Shown: positions 52,397-64,000 of the stretch, one piece after another
How the letters are laid out: the number at the start of each line of letters is the position of its first letter
Numbering within the stretch: the stretch's first letter is position 1
Position numbers and translations under genes: made by a program
Source: Tetramitus jugosus
Lineage: Eukaryota > Protista > Heterolobosea
Reading direction: 5' to 3'
DNA: 64,000 nt
Assembly: GCA_937625935.1 (NCBI GenBank)
Contig: OW569366.1
Location: 186,001-250,000 of the forward strand
The notes under the pieces: model-generated
Databases searched by the model: none
What the model was told of the DNA's origin: nothing
Seen by the model: the letters and a program-made list of their open reading frames with translations, nothing else

Positions 52397-53953
52397 TTAT
52401 GGCCACATTCCCAATTCTTCATAAGATAGAACAATTTTGTCAATAGCATTGATATATGCTGCTGTTCTGAAATTAACCTTCAACTCTTTGGATGTCTGGA
52501 GGATTTGATCCCAAGAATGAGTCATGGTTCCCTCCAATCCAGAATACACGAAATCTCGTTCATGAGATCCGTGAGTCACTAAGTCATACTCCGAATCTGT
52601 CAACTCCTTACATGCCAATGATTCGATGGCATTCACCATCTTCATCTTTCCCTCAATTTCCACCGCTCTGGTCAATCTTCCAAATTGAACATGACCCAAG
52701 TTCTTTAGCCATTCGAAATAGGATACAGTGACACCTCCAGCATTGCAGAACAAGTCTGGAATGATGATAACTCCTTGACTCTCTAAGATTTCAGCAGCAG
52801 CTGGTGTTGTTGGACCATTGGCAGCCTCTGCAATTATCTTTGCCTTGATGTTATGAGCATTCTTGAGTGAGATGACTCCTTCGAGTGCAGCAGGAACAAG
52901 AACATCGCACTCTAGCTCGAGAACATCAGCAGGATTCGTAAATTCTTTTTCTGCGTGGGGATATCCTAAAACAGTACCCTTGTTCTGCATGTAGGCCAAT
53001 ACGGAATCCACTTGCAATCCTTGGTCACTATACAAGCCGCCAGTTTTTTCGCCAATACCTATGATGATGGCACCAGATTCCTCCAAGAACTTTGCAGTAT
53101 GATATCCGACATTACCCAATCCCTGAACGACTGCTCTCTTCCCTCTGAGACCAGCTCTCATTCCCAATCTACTAGAGAGTTCTGGATCTTCAACAACGGA
53201 TCGGATAGCGTAGAACACACCCAATCCAGTTGCCTCATTTCTTCCTCGGATACCGTTTTGAGTAATTGGCTTACCGGTAACAGTTGCAAGAGCATTGATA
53301 TCGTTGGGGAAGAATCTCTGGTAGGTATCAACGATCCAACTCATCTCTCTTGGGCCACTCCCATAATCAGGAGCAGGAACATCAATAGAAGGACCAATAA
53401 TCTTCTTCTTCAACAACTCTGCCGTGAATCGACGTGTAATTTTCTCCAATTCATTGACCGTGTGTTGTGATGGATCAATCTGGATACCTCCCTTGGCTCC
53501 ACCGAATGGAACATCGACACACGCACACTTGAAGGTCATTAGAGTGGCCAACGCCTTCACCTCGTTGGCATTCACGTCCATTGCATAACGAATACCTCCC
53601 TTAGTGGGGAGTCTGTGATGCGAGTGTTGTGCCCTGTATGCACGAATCACCTTGGTAGTGGTTCTATTGTCCGTGGTAGTCACTTGAAGTGGGATCACAA
53701 ACTCATACATGCAGTCAACTTGCTTCATGTATTGCAACAGGGAAAGGTTGTAAGGCTTGGCAACCGATGCCTTATCAAAGTACATTTCAACTTGTTCGAG
53801 AAACTTGGGTTCCTTGATTGGCTCTCCCGCGGCCTGTTGTTTTGGTGTGGAGTGAACCTGTCTTGTCATGGCAGCTGGGTCAAATGGAGAAGAATACAGA
53901 TGGTTCGGTTGACGAGATGATAAGAGACGCTTGGCAATCTTTCGATGATTCAT
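52397..53953 (-). CDS. gdh: Glutamate dehydrogenase NAD(P)+, mitochondrial type
   Basis: PTKGGIRY, PFGGAKGG, DVPAPD, VTGKP, GRNEATG, EAANGP and NAGGVTVSYFEW. Confidence 0.97.
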   Translation of the reverse strand: MNHRKIAKRLLSSRQPNHLYSSPFDPAAMTRQVHSTPKQQAAGEPIKEPKFLEQVEMYFDKASVAKPYNLSLLQYMKQVDCMYEFVIPLQVTTTDNRTTTKVIRAYRAQHSHHRLPTKGGIRYAMDVNANEVKALATLMTFKCACVDVPFGGAKGGIQIDPSQHTVNELEKITRRFTAELLKKKIIGPSIDVPAPDYGSGPREMSWIVDTYQRFFPNDINALATVTGKPITQNGIRGRNEATGLGVFYAIRSVVEDPELSSRLGMRAGLRGKRAVVQGLGNVGYHTAKFLEESGAIIIGIGEKTGGLYSDQGLQVDSVLAYMQNKGTVLGYPHAEKEFTNPADVLELECDVLVPAALEGVISLKNAHNIKAKIIAEAANGPTTPAAAEILESQGVIIIPDLFCNAGGVTVSYFEWLKNLGHVQFGRLTRAVEIEGKMKMVNAIESLACKELTDSEYDLVTHGSHERDFVYSGLEGTMTHSWDQILQTSKELKVNFRTAAYINAIDKIVLSYEELGMWP

Positions 53954-54590
53954 GATTCGAAACTAAGAGTGAATATGGTAGTGATCTATGGTACAAAGGA
54001 GAATATGAGTGTTTTCTTTTTTCAGAGATCACAGACACCTCTGTTTTGTAACATCTGTTATCTTGCGTTCGTCGTCGACCGACCATTATTTTTAGACGAA
54101 CGGATACGGACTTTTGCGACGAGTCAACTGCGGCAAGTACTAAGATTTGAGCTTTACCACCAGCAAGAAAAGAACCAATAACTCATGGTTCGTTAAACAT
54201 GAGAGCTAAGGACCTCCGATTTAAAATTGCTTCGGAATTGATTCACAGCTGATCGGAGAATCATTCCTTGACAAGAACAAAATCGGAAGAAGAACACAAC
54301 ACTGTGAAATACATGATTTTAGAATGCTGATCGAACAGTTGTTGAATTTTAGTTACTACTTCACAATTCTCTCTAATGTGAGTATATACATGATTTTCAC
54401 CATTGCGCAGAGACGAAAGCTAAAGCTCACCACTTTTTCTTGTTTCTCTTTCTTGTCATGACACAAAAAGATGCTGGGTCATTTCATGATCCACACAGAT
54501 AATCATTCGCAAAATGTTCGTCTGTTCCACACTCTTTCTGTCCTACTGTTCTGCATTCTTGTTTATTGGATTGATTATTGTCAGAATGAG

Positions 54591-55466
54591 ATGTCTTCTT
54601 CTCGCTACTATCATCAACAGCAACAGCAGTTGAGAAGAAGAGGAAACAACATGAACATTCCTGGTGATGATTATAATGAGGTTGATGACAACAATCATGA
54701 CTCCAGGTCATTGATGGATCATGTGCCTCGCATTCACTTTTCAGAGCATAAGCTTCGATGCTTCAAATTTTTAATCTTGTTTGTGTCGTTTATGTTGCGA
54801 TACCAACAATTGTTTTATATTGGTACGTGTGTACATAGTTGTTTTCTTTTCATTTTTTTGTAATGTTGTTCTTCTTTTGAATGACGATAAGGAAGATCGA
54901 TCATGGTTGTGTATTGACTTTATTTTGTGGATCTTACAGTGTGCAGAAGGTGTGCAACGGATCGTTTGCTAGAGAGAACCTATGTCATTCAAACACAGAC
55001 CTGTCCCAAAGATTCCTTTACAAAGTTTCAGCATTGGAGCAATGGACATGACCCAAGAACGTACTCGCCGATGAGAACAGTGTACATTAAGCATGATCGT
55101 GTCCACAAACTAGTGTTTATCACTGCAGAGGATGCTGTGAAATCATTGGAGGATCAAATGATAAAGCACAGCAAGGGTATCGTTGTTGACAAGGGATACA
55201 ACAAGGAATTAGGTCGGAGAGAGGATGTACCGTGCAAGGACCTGCATACTCTTGGATCCATACCTGAGACACGAATGAAACAAAAGGAGAAGGAAGAAGA
55301 GAGTTGGCTGTTTGCTTTTGCTTCGAAATTTGCTCAGGCATCGCAGGATTTCACCGCGTACATGTTCGATTGCGAGAAGAACGGATTTGATGAAAACTAC
55401 ACTGCGAGCACTCATGATTTATTCTGCGTGTTCCTATTGTTGGCTCTTGCCATGTTTGTCATTTAG
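54591..55466 (+). CDS. Hypothetical membrane protein; exon structure uncertain
   Basis: Two coding-like ORFs with hydrophobic segments; probable donor GTACGT near 54823. Confidence 0.4.
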
Positions 55467-55506
55467 TGATGATATTCGATTGGTGCATGTGCATTTCCCT
55501 CCAGGT

Positions 55507-57177
55507 TTATTTGAAGAGCAAGTGCGGCTTCGCTTCAGCAAGTGTCAGGATGAGCTCGCCAAAGAGGCTGTTAGCCCAGGCGAACCAGTCTCTGGAGTAT
55601 CTGGTTACATCGTCCTTGTCAAAGCTCTCGTGCATAAAATAGGTCTTGCTACCGACAGCAGATTTCTTTAGAGCTTCCAAACAGTAAATAATTTCGTCGT
55701 CATTGTTACTTGTGAGTGCTTGTTGAATCAAAGCAATTGGCCAGATCCATCCTTTATATGTGTGAGCTGAAAATGAATGGTGCTTAGTTAGTCGGTTTTT
55801 GTAAAACAGTCAAAGAGCAACATAAACTTACGTGAGCCAATGCCTCTTGCCTCGGAACCAACATAGTAGAATGGATTCTCTGGACTCAACAAGACTTCTC
55901 TGGTCGTCTGATACAATGGATCTGAACTATCAATGTATCCCAGATATGGAAGAGACAACAGCGATGGTACATTGGCATCATCCATGATAGTGAAGTTACC
56001 AAATCCATCCACTTCATATCCAAATATGATCTGATCTTTGGCATTCCTTACCAACGAATTCTTTCTAATACCTATATCGATCGTGTTTGCCAAATCGTCG
56101 GCAATCTTGGCAGTTGATTCTTGTTGAAGCACTGTTCGATGGATATGTGCAAGCTTCTTCAACTCCACAACTGCCATGGCATTCTCTGCAACATTGAAAA
56201 GATAGGTTGTGTGATCATCAGAAGCTCGGAAGTAACTCTTGGACATTCCTGTTCTTGCATTCGGTTTCACTTCGAATGGTTCACCTTTTCTCAGGAAGGA
56301 ATAGGCAGGAGGATTGTCTTCCTCTGTTGATTTCTGTTGTACTCGTATCGTGTTCAATACTTTCAGAATGGCCTGTTGATAAATGTCCGTACGGAACACG
56401 GAGTCATCAGATGTAACTGCATAGAATTCATTGGAGAGTTTCAGAGAGTACAAGAGTGAATCGAGCTCGAATTTTCCTTCCCATACACCAGCTCTCATCT
56501 TTGGAACTCGTACATCGGACTTTGCCCATGGTGAAGGTTCAGACCCATCGTACATGAAAGCATTGGCGTATGAGTCGAGTAGAATGCTCGTAAACTGTCG
56601 AAACACAACTCCCTTGACCATCTCCTTGAGTTTTTTGTCCTTGGACAAGTATTTCATATAGGGCCACAATTGACACGTACTATCTCTCAACCACATGGCA
56701 GGAATATCACCAGTAATGACAAAAGTGTCAGGAAAGCCAGACTCTTGATAATTGATTGAAAAATTACGAATTGTTGTGTCCAAAGTATTTGGGAAGCAAC
56801 TAGGATAGACACAGCAAACATACAAACACATTGTGCATGTTGATATCAAGTACAAGCATGAGTGTCAGTGTTTATGCAGCATAGAAATAAATTTGCTGGA
56901 CAACCAACAGTCCTGCGTCAACAACCTCAGTTCAACAAGACAAAAAATAGTCATACTTGTAGAATACAGATGCCAGGTCAGCATCCTTCATTTGTGAAGT
57001 CACATTGGCAATCACAGATTCAATCACAGGAGACGAAAATGTTCTCTGTGACACTGGTGGACGCTTGTCCACAAGGGAAGATAGTGGTACGGTCTCAGAG
57101 AATCGAACCTGTGACATGAGCAGTACACTCACAAAAAACATACACTGCACAAGGAACAGTGCGGTTGGTTTCATCAT
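55507..57177 (-). CDS. Glycoside hydrolase family 125 (exo-alpha-1,6-mannosidase-like), introns 56800-56956 and 55767-55831
   Basis: Signal peptide, NCFPNTLDTT, TGDIPAMWLRDS, WEGKFELDSL, MDDANVPSLL, GSPHT, MHESF and WFAWANSLF. Confidence 0.93.
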
Positions 57178-57344
57178 CTGTGCCTTGATATTCCTCGTTT
57201 GCTTTCAGTTTTCGATGTTTTCGACAACGAACGTTATCCCGACAAGACGAAACCCAACAAACGTTTTATTTTTATTCCAGCACCAAACTTGATCCTTCTT
57301 TTTGAGAGCAGGGACCCAAAGAAACAAAAGAAAACGAAACAAAA

Positions 57345-58166
57345 ATGAGCACAACAACTGATCTCTCTCAATTCACATGGCATCAATTTCAAGAGTACCA
57401 AGTCAAAGAACTCTATGAGGCTTTTCAAATGTTCTCCAACAAGAATCAACAACAACAAAAATCAAAGCTCACTTCTGATCAACAACAACAAAAATCAAAA
57501 GTTGTACCATCATCACCATCACCCTCATCACCCTCATCACCATCTTCTCAACAAGAAACCATCTCTATTCGAGAAATGAGATCACTGATTGAGACATTTG
57601 TTGGACTTGAATTCACAGATGAACAAATGATTGAATTTGTGACGAAATTTGATCCCAAATTGATTGAAGAACAACAAAAAGTAGTCGAACAACAACAGCA
57701 ACAACAACAAGAAGCGAACAATCAAGTCACTTCACCACCATCATCTTCTGGCGATGATCAACAACAACAAGAAGCAGAATCCACTAAATCTACTAGCACT
57801 AACACTAGTAGCAGCAGCAGCAGCAGCAGCAATGCAACAAAGAGTCTATTGGACGTGCAAGTCAATTTCCAAATGCTTCTCAACATTTTAAATGATCGAT
57901 TCAGACCGAATAGCAACACCAAGAATAATAATTCAGATGATCCATATGAACATTTGCAAGAATTGTTCAACATGTTTGACATGAACGAGAATGGAGTGAT
58001 TGGTGTGGCAGAGTTGGGACACTTTTTCAAACATGTTCTCGGAGAACAGTTGAGTGACACTGAATTGACGGAGATGATGAAGGATGTAAAGACCAAGAAT
58101 CCAGGTGTAATTACATTGGATGAATTTAGAGAGTTGGTCAAGGAGTTGGATATTGATTCAAGTTGA
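57345..58166 (+). CDS. Calmodulin/centrin-like EF-hand protein with poly-Q/S inserts
   Basis: ELYEAFQMF, LQELFNMFDMNENGVIGVAEL, LGEQLSDTELTEMM and GVITLDEF. Confidence 0.85.
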   Translation: MSTTTDLSQFTWHQFQEYQVKELYEAFQMFSNKNQQQQKSKLTSDQQQQKSKVVPSSPSPSSPSSPSSQQETISIREMRSLIETFVGLEFTDEQMIEFVTKFDPKLIEEQQKVVEQQQQQQQEANNQVTSPPSSSGDDQQQQEAESTKSTSTNTSSSSSSSSNATKSLLDVQVNFQMLLNILNDRFRPNSNTKNNNSDDPYEHLQELFNMFDMNENGVIGVAELGHFFKHVLGEQLSDTELTEMMKDVKTKNPGVITLDEFRELVKELDIDSS

Positions 58167-58234
58167 AATTGTTTTTAATTGTAAATTTTCATGGATTAGT
58201 AGTGATCACTTCTTGATGTCGTTGATTCACAATT

Positions 58235-61200
58235 TTAATCTAATTGACACAGGAGAGCACATCCTCTCTTGACCCAATGCTTCTCATCTTGATCACTTGG
58301 CAGTTTGATTGTCATGACAAAGTTCGTGGAATGACCAGTTGTACTCAACGTACCTCTTCTTTCTGATGTCTTGTATACTGGGCATGGATAATGTGGTGAA
58401 TGATCAGTCAAGTGAGCTTCTCTTGGCTTGAGCCACAAGACTGGCAGTTCATCATACAGTTTCTTTGGTTGTGAATCACCCAGAACTTGCGACTGTGGAT
58501 CCCATCTGGCACCTTCCAAGAACAAACCGTCCACATAGCAACCAATAGTTGAAGGTTCTATTGGCACGGTTTTCATAACCTCGAAATCGAATTCAATTGT
58601 ATCAATCTCAATTTTCTTCTGTCGTGCATAATTCTGTTTCACACCGGTGAGGAATGATTGAGTGAAGAAGAAACCAGATATCCAAAAGACTGTAGGAGGT
58701 CCAGAGTCGATCCACTTTTGGAAAAATTCTAATCTTCTCAACAAATCGATGATATAGCCACCAAGCGACTTACAAGAGGGATATGACTTCTTCCTCCAGA
58801 GTTCAGGTATTTTGTTGTCGAAGAGGCTGTTAGATAGAGATTCTAGCTGTTCAGACATGACTACCTCTCCCTTGATTGCTTTTTGAACATTTCTTGTTGT
58901 TTCTCGGATTTCTTTGATTAATTTGTTATATCTGATCAATTCTTGAATTAAGACAGTGTTCATACTATCGTTGTATGAGATCGGATACTTAGTTTTGACA
59001 GCTTCTATATTGTATGGTTGTGGCATCTTGGATAAGATTTCTTCTGCTTGTTGATAAACTATTTGATCAATGGCGTCTCCACCACCACTAGATCCTCTCT
59101 CTTGAGTGAGAGAAAATGAATTGAATATCGCCATAGCCTCGGCTTGATTCTTAGTAATGCTGGCATTGTCATTCAAACCAAATACTTCTGGCTGTTCCTC
59201 TAACGGTAGAGTATTGATATAATCTAGGTAACTAACATGATCTCCGTCCTTGGGTGCGTAATAGAGTCCAGAGAGTGAGAATCGATATGAATCACTTAGA
59301 ATGTCTTGGTTGTAGTAGTCTCCGAGGATTGCCATCAGAGTTCTCCTGTCATGATCATCTGTGACTCTACCACCATAGTTGCACTCTCCGGTTAAATATG
59401 AAAGAGCTTTAAATGGAATGTAAGGGTGATTCAGGAACATTCTCAACTGCTCGGTCGATATACGTAAGTCGGATTCATTAAATTCATAGGGTATATTCCA
59501 ACCTAGTGGACCAAATTGTCTTCTCTCTTGGACTAGTGCGTGGAAGAAGCAAAGACCAAAGAGAAGTTTCTTCAATTCACGTGGCCTTCTGCTCGAAGAG
59601 AAGAAAGTTGGTTCAGATATGAGATCAGATGTCCATGACTTCATCAAGTTAGCTCTCAGCCCTTTGGGAGGTTCATCTGTAATCTTAATACTGTTCTGCA
59701 AAATGGATACAGGGAATTTGCTTGATGGCATACTTGTTAGCCACAAACGGAAGGTTTCGGCAGTTTTTCCTGCATCGAATTCTTCAACAATTTTCTCAAG
59801 GGTCGGCAACCAATTTACGTCCAAGTGACAATTCTGCAGTACCACCCAATTTCCTCTGACTAGTGCTTTTGAGATCATATCAACTGCCTTTGGACCTTGA
59901 TTCTGTCCTAACGATAATGTGTCAAGTGTTCTGCCCTCCGAATCAGCGAACTTTCTTAGTCGTTCCATCGGGTCAACACCGGGTGAGAGCACAAAAACTA
60001 AGGGTTTTGTGCAACTTGAATCATTGTACGATAATCTTAAGTTGAAGGTTGGGGGTTTGATGAATCTTTCGTCCATGTTAGATGTGATAAAGTGAGCAAT
60101 TGCTGGAACAAGGCGATCAGGGCGCAGAATTCTAATAATTAACATCTTCTGGAGGAGCGTTTGCCATTTTCCTGGGAAGTGTTCCAAATGTGGTTGATTA
60201 TTGTTTGCTAAATTCTTCCATCGAGCAATGTCCTTGACAAATGAATCTCTGAAGTCTTCAAAACCCTTTAGAGCTGTCAAGTTGTTAATCTCAGTCCAAG
60301 CCTTCTCAGATATCCAATCTCTCGTAGGATTCGGATATGATGAAGAGTCTACCAGAGTTCCGCCAGTTAGTAAGAACCGAAGTTCATTTCTATCAATCGA
60401 TCCATTCTGTTGCATTAAGCTTATGCACATCAGAAGACTCAATAATAGCTTATCTTTTTCAAAGAGAGCACGACAAATCTTTTGATACAGCGAGTAGGTA
60501 AAGTGGTCCTTTAAGTTATGAATCCTGTCGCCGTCTTGCTTTGTCTCTGTGATACAATTTGTAAATAGTTCTTTGAACCACTTTAGAGAAAACTGGTACA
60601 TTGGATCTACATTCGGCAGTTCCATCACACAGAAAAAGAGCACTGATCCATTCAGGGCAACAGGATTGAAATGGTTTCTCTTTTCATCAATTTTGACCTC
60701 CATTTTAGTTGCTTCTGCTTGTCTAGCACTGGTCTTTTTGGCAACTTGTTTCGAGTTTGAAAGTGTATTGAGAACTTTTGTACCGCCGAGAACCTCTTCT
60801 TTCGGTGTGGTGACCAGAAGCTCGAGAATATCATTGTCAATCTTTTTCAGTTGGATTAACGATTCAGCATTTTCTTTGACTAGTCTGTTCTTCTCATCTT
60901 CTAATTTTCTTTCTTCGTTCATCACCACAATTTGTAGTAATTGATCTTGTAGACCTGTTGGAGTGATCATAAAGTTAACTATAGTGACTTTTGTAGAAAC
61001 TTCAGGAAGATAGTGTGGATTTGAAATGTTTGTGATAAGGTATAATCTGAATGACTCTTTGTAGATTACAGGCTTGTCACTCAATTGCATCAACACTTGT
61101 CCAGCAACCTTTTTGGTTTGTTTCAATAAGAGCGGCTCTAAAGCTGGATCAATTTCTTCTCCTACATTTTCTATGATAGCAGCAGTACCAAGTTCTATTG

Positions 61201-64000
61201 CCTGTTCCAAACTTCGAACAAGATTAGGATCAGACATCTTTATACTTAAATAACTTCCTTTTTCTTCCTCGTATTTCTTAATCCAATTTCTTGCTTGTCC
61301 TTGTGGATCTATGAATAGTGGCCATCTTCTTGTATTCTCGACAATGATGGCATTATCAATTGAAAAGTTATCCGCAGGAAGACCTTGAATATTCCACTGT
61401 CTTATTTTCAGCACGTCACCAGAAATTTTAGCGAGACTGTAACTTGGACTATATAAGATTCTCAACTCCTTCAATTGGTTCTTCCATTTCAAAATAATAT
61501 CATCTCTAAATTGTCCTGTGAATGCTCCTAGATAAGAGATAACACCTGAAGAAAGAAGCATATCACCTACTAAATATGTACGCTTTTCATCAAGCTTCCG
61601 TGATGTGTTCGACCATCTTTCTTTCTCACCAGATAATAGTCCAATGAGCTGTTGTGCTCTTTCTAATTTTGTTGAGACATCCTCATACTCGTTTTGCAGT
61701 CTATTTTTCTTCTCAATACATTCTCTCAACTGCTCAGCAAGCTGATCGAGTTTATCTTCAAGGGCTCGAATCATTGCTTTCTTTTCTTCCAACTTTCTCA
61801 TTGACTCCGTATACTCAGCCTCAGCTTTTTCAAGAGCAGCTTTACGAGGTTTAACGACCTTGTTTGATTCATGATACTCTACCATAGCAGCAAGCCAAGC
61901 ACGAATATTTTGAGCAGCTTTGTTGGCATTCTTAATTTTTTCCTCAGAGAAATCAGACGAGTTAATAACAGGAAGAAGTTTTGCAATATTTTCATCCTTG
62001 ATAGATTCAGCATCAAAGTTACGGATTGATCCTAAGAAACCTTTCTCTCCCATCATCTTCTTCGATGGTGTCCACCAATCATCTTCTTTTCGACCAAAAT
62101 CATCCGATTTCTTTGCTGGGGGTATTCCCTTCAATATACAAACCACTTTCATCACAGTTTTGACACCCTCTGGAGGATTTTGAAGAGCTCTCACTTCAAC
62201 AATATCCTGATCCTTCAAATTTTTGATGGCTTCTTGAGCTCGAACCAAGGCAGGAAGCGCTTTTGCAAGCTGTTCTGCGCAGTATTCTCTAACTTTCTGA
62301 TTTTCTTCGTTTTGCTGTTGCATAATCACTTCTTCTGCTTCAACGATTTTTCTTTGATCGTTAGCTTCCTCGGATTCTTGTTTGATATGTAAACTCAATT
62401 GTTCATTTTGCTCGGATAATGTAACAAGTTCTGGCTGAAGCTTTTCTAATTCAAGTTGCATTTCAGCCACCTCTTTCTCAGTTTGTGCAATTCGCTCCAG
62501 GCCAGTATCATATTTTAGTTTTTCTTGAGTTAGTTCTTCTTCACGAATGGTTGATAGTTTCTCAAAGTTTCCAAGCATATCCAAGTATGTGGTGGGTGTG
62601 ACATAATTATGTCTTTTGGTCTTGTACAAAAATTCTTTCGATAACTCAGTTACAGAATTATGGAAGTATACACACACATCTACACATTGTTGTTCCTTTC
62701 CTTCAAGAAGGCTAATATTTTTGAAGGAATTTAGAGCTACTGAGTGGAGAGCTTCAGAAGGCCATTCCGAAAACCAATCAATTGTGCAGCAGTTAACCAA
62801 GGAAGGAAACATTCTTAGGTAGTTTCTCAAAGAATCTCCGATTGGGCTCATGCACACAACAATATGCAGATTGTTTCTACATCTTTCAACGAACAAATTG
62901 TACAAACCAGCAGAAGACTGATCTTTTCCATTCTTTCTCGCTATTGGTCTCAGAATCTCAAAAATTTCCTTCAGTTCGTCAAGTGCAAACAGATTTGGAA
63001 TTTCTCCCGTGTTCAATAGGTTGCTGATATCCTCAAGGAAACCAACATCTTTAATCTGTGTATCAGAAAACAAGAAAACCGTACTCACACCATCTATACC
63101 TGTTTGTCTCAATAAAGCTTTCATTCTATCTTTCCATTCTACTAATCCGAATTTCTTTGTGAGGGTAATCTGATAAAGGCGTAAATCAGCAAGGAAAGTT
63201 GCAAGTTTAGTTAAACTTTGACGGCCACTACCACCTACACCAATCAATAACGCGTTTCCATATGGCTGTGATATAATTCTGCTAATCCTAGAGATGTGAT
63301 CAATTGCAAATTTAAATAGTACCAGATCCATTTTCTGATGTGATGGATTATCGTTATATTCATCGAGAGATCGATTGATCACATAAGTAAGATGATCGAT
63401 ATTATTCACTTCCACATAACTATCATCATTATCTTTGTCCATAAAGCTTGCATACACCAGTACCTTGTTCGGAATCAAGTCTCGGATATCAACATTAAAT
63501 TGAGAGTGTACTATCTGCTTCAATAAAGTGTTGAATTCCGCTCGATCATCACTACTTACTAGACGATCTTGGAACACTCGCATTGATTCGTGACACCACA
63601 ATCGAAGTAATTTGCTCTTCTCACCGATGTGTTTAATGTTCGCTTGACACATTCCCTGGAAAATTTTCGAAAGATCTCTCAAGTTAAAGGTGTAATGAGA
63701 TTTAGCTGGGGTGGGTAGGAATATATTGGCAACAGAATTATACATGTCCAATGAAGCCGCCACAACTTGTTTTCCAAAGCTCATGAGGGTACTTCCACTC
63801 AAGAACCAATTGATAATTTCAGAGAATATTGTTTTAAGTGTTGTGTTGTCGAAAGGAGTGAGACCAATAATATTGAAATGGCGAGTGTAACGTGCGGTCA
63901 CAGGATTTCTTCCACCCCCAGGGGGGCCCATGGCACAAACAAACTGAACATCTACAATATTGGTAAACCCACCTTGTTTGTCGTGTCTATCATACCAACC
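58235..64000 (-). CDS. Axonemal dynein heavy chain (inner-arm type), 5' part outside the window
   Basis: MGPPGGGRN, GVGGSGRQSL, stalk coiled coil, RWPLFIDPQGQ, GECNYGGRVTD and RRGTLSTTGHSTNFV. Confidence 0.97.
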   Translation of the reverse strand, partial: GWYDRHDKQGGFTNIVDVQFVCAMGPPGGGRNPVTARYTRHFNIIGLTPFDNTTLKTIFSEIINWFLSGSTLMSFGKQVVAASLDMYNSVANIFLPTPAKSHYTFNLRDLSKIFQGMCQANIKHIGEKSKLLRLWCHESMRVFQDRLVSSDDRAEFNTLLKQIVHSQFNVDIRDLIPNKVLVYASFMDKDNDDSYVEVNNIDHLTYVINRSLDEYNDNPSHQKMDLVLFKFAIDHISRISRIISQPYGNALLIGVGGSGRQSLTKLATFLADLRLYQITLTKKFGLVEWKDRMKALLRQTGIDGVSTVFLFSDTQIKDVGFLEDISNLLNTGEIPNLFALDELKEIFEILRPIARKNGKDQSSAGLYNLFVERCRNNLHIVVCMSPIGDSLRNYLRMFPSLVNCCTIDWFSEWPSEALHSVALNSFKNISLLEGKEQQCVDVCVYFHNSVTELSKEFLYKTKRHNYVTPTTYLDMLGNFEKLSTIREEELTQEKLKYDTGLERIAQTEKEVAEMQLELEKLQPELVTLSEQNEQLSLHIKQESEEANDQRKIVEAEEVIMQQQNEENQKVREYCAEQLAKALPALVRAQEAIKNLKDQDIVEVRALQNPPEGVKTVMKVVCILKGIPPAKKSDDFGRKEDDWWTPSKKMMGEKGFLGSIRNFDAESIKDENIAKLLPVINSSDFSEEKIKNANKAAQNIRAWLAAMVEYHESNKVVKPRKAALEKAEAEYTESMRKLEEKKAMIRALEDKLDQLAEQLRECIEKKNRLQNEYEDVSTKLERAQQLIGLLSGEKERWSNTSRKLDEKRTYLVGDMLLSSGVISYLGAFTGQFRDDIILKWKNQLKELRILYSPSYSLAKISGDVLKIRQWNIQGLPADNFSIDNAIIVENTRRWPLFIDPQGQARNWIKKYEEEKGSYLSIKMSDPNLVRSLEQAIELGTAAIIENVGEEIDPALEPLLLKQTKKVAGQVLMQLSDKPVIYKESFRLYLITNISNPHYLPEVSTKVTIVNFMITPTGLQDQLLQIVVMNEERKLEDEKNRLVKENAESLIQLKKIDNDILELLVTTPKEEVLGGTKVLNTLSNSKQVAKKTSARQAEATKMEVKIDEKRNHFNPVALNGSVLFFCVMELPNVDPMYQFSLKWFKELFTNCITETKQDGDRIHNLKDHFTYSLYQKICRALFEKDKLLLSLLMCISLMQQNGSIDRNELRFLLTGGTLVDSSSYPNPTRDWISEKAWTEINNLTALKGFEDFRDSFVKDIARWKNLANNNQPHLEHFPGKWQTLLQKMLIIRILRPDRLVPAIAHFITSNMDERFIKPPTFNLRLSYNDSSCTKPLVFVLSPGVDPMERLRKFADSEGRTLDTLSLGQNQGPKAVDMISKALVRGNWVVLQNCHLDVNWLPTLEKIVEEFDAGKTAETFRLWLTSMPSSKFPVSILQNSIKITDEPPKGLRANLMKSWTSDLISEPTFFSSSRRPRELKKLLFGLCFFHALVQERRQFGPLGWNIPYEFNESDLRISTEQLRMFLNHPYIPFKALSYLTGECNYGGRVTDDHDRRTLMAILGDYYNQDILSDSYRFSLSGLYYAPKDGDHVSYLDYINTLPLEEQPEVFGLNDNASITKNQAEAMAIFNSFSLTQERGSSGGGDAIDQIVYQQAEEILSKMPQPYNIEAVKTKYPISYNDSMNTVLIQELIRYNKLIKEIRETTRNVQKAIKGEVVMSEQLESLSNSLFDNKIPELWRKKSYPSCKSLGGYIIDLLRRLEFFQKWIDSGPPTVFWISGFFFTQSFLTGVKQNYARQKKIEIDTIEFDFEVMKTVPIEPSTIGCYVDGLFLEGARWDPQSQVLGDSQPKKLYDELPVLWLKPREAHLTDHSPHYPCPVYKTSERRGTLSTTGHSTNFVMTIKLPSDQDEKHWVKRGCALLCQLD

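Noticed and set aside
57750-57835. CAA/AGC microsatellites
   Set aside because: Ordinary poly-Q/poly-S coding tracts, common throughout the window.

Overview
Gene-dense eukaryotic (protist) genomic DNA with short GT-AG introns. The RCC1-EGF-GPS-7TM-RGS receptor, axonemal dynein, CYP710 and several bacterial-type genes suggest a Naegleria-like heterolobosean/discobid (inference). The window has two zones. (1) About 1-16.2 kb is a retroelement graveyard built around two tRNA genes, tRNA-Thr(AGT) on - and tRNA-Lys(CTT) on +. An APE/RT/CCHC non-LTR family with an RRM-type ORF1 sits head-to-head about 50-54 nt upstream of both tRNAs, like Dictyostelium TRE5. One 5'-truncated copy keeps a poly(A)17 tail and a perfect 16-bp TSD. 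Immediately 3' of tRNA-Lys lie two tandem units of a different element: a DIRS-like RT plus a divergent T5orf172/GIY-YIG nuclease ORF. Each unit begins with a copy of the tRNA-Lys 3' end and ends in a hairpin; this is the best candidate for an undescribed system. (2) About 16.4-64 kb holds compact host genes: DnaJ, CYP710, purple-acid-phosphatase-like, penicillin acylase, stand-alone EF1-gamma domain, adhesion-type 7TM-RGS, SDR, P-type ATPase, ZNF706-like, IPP-2, RlaP-like nucleotidyltransferase, GOST-like 7TM, DUF4240, F-box, U2A', HEAT protein, GDH, GH125, EF-hand protein and a partial dynein heavy chain. All calls come from reading motifs by eye; no searches were run.
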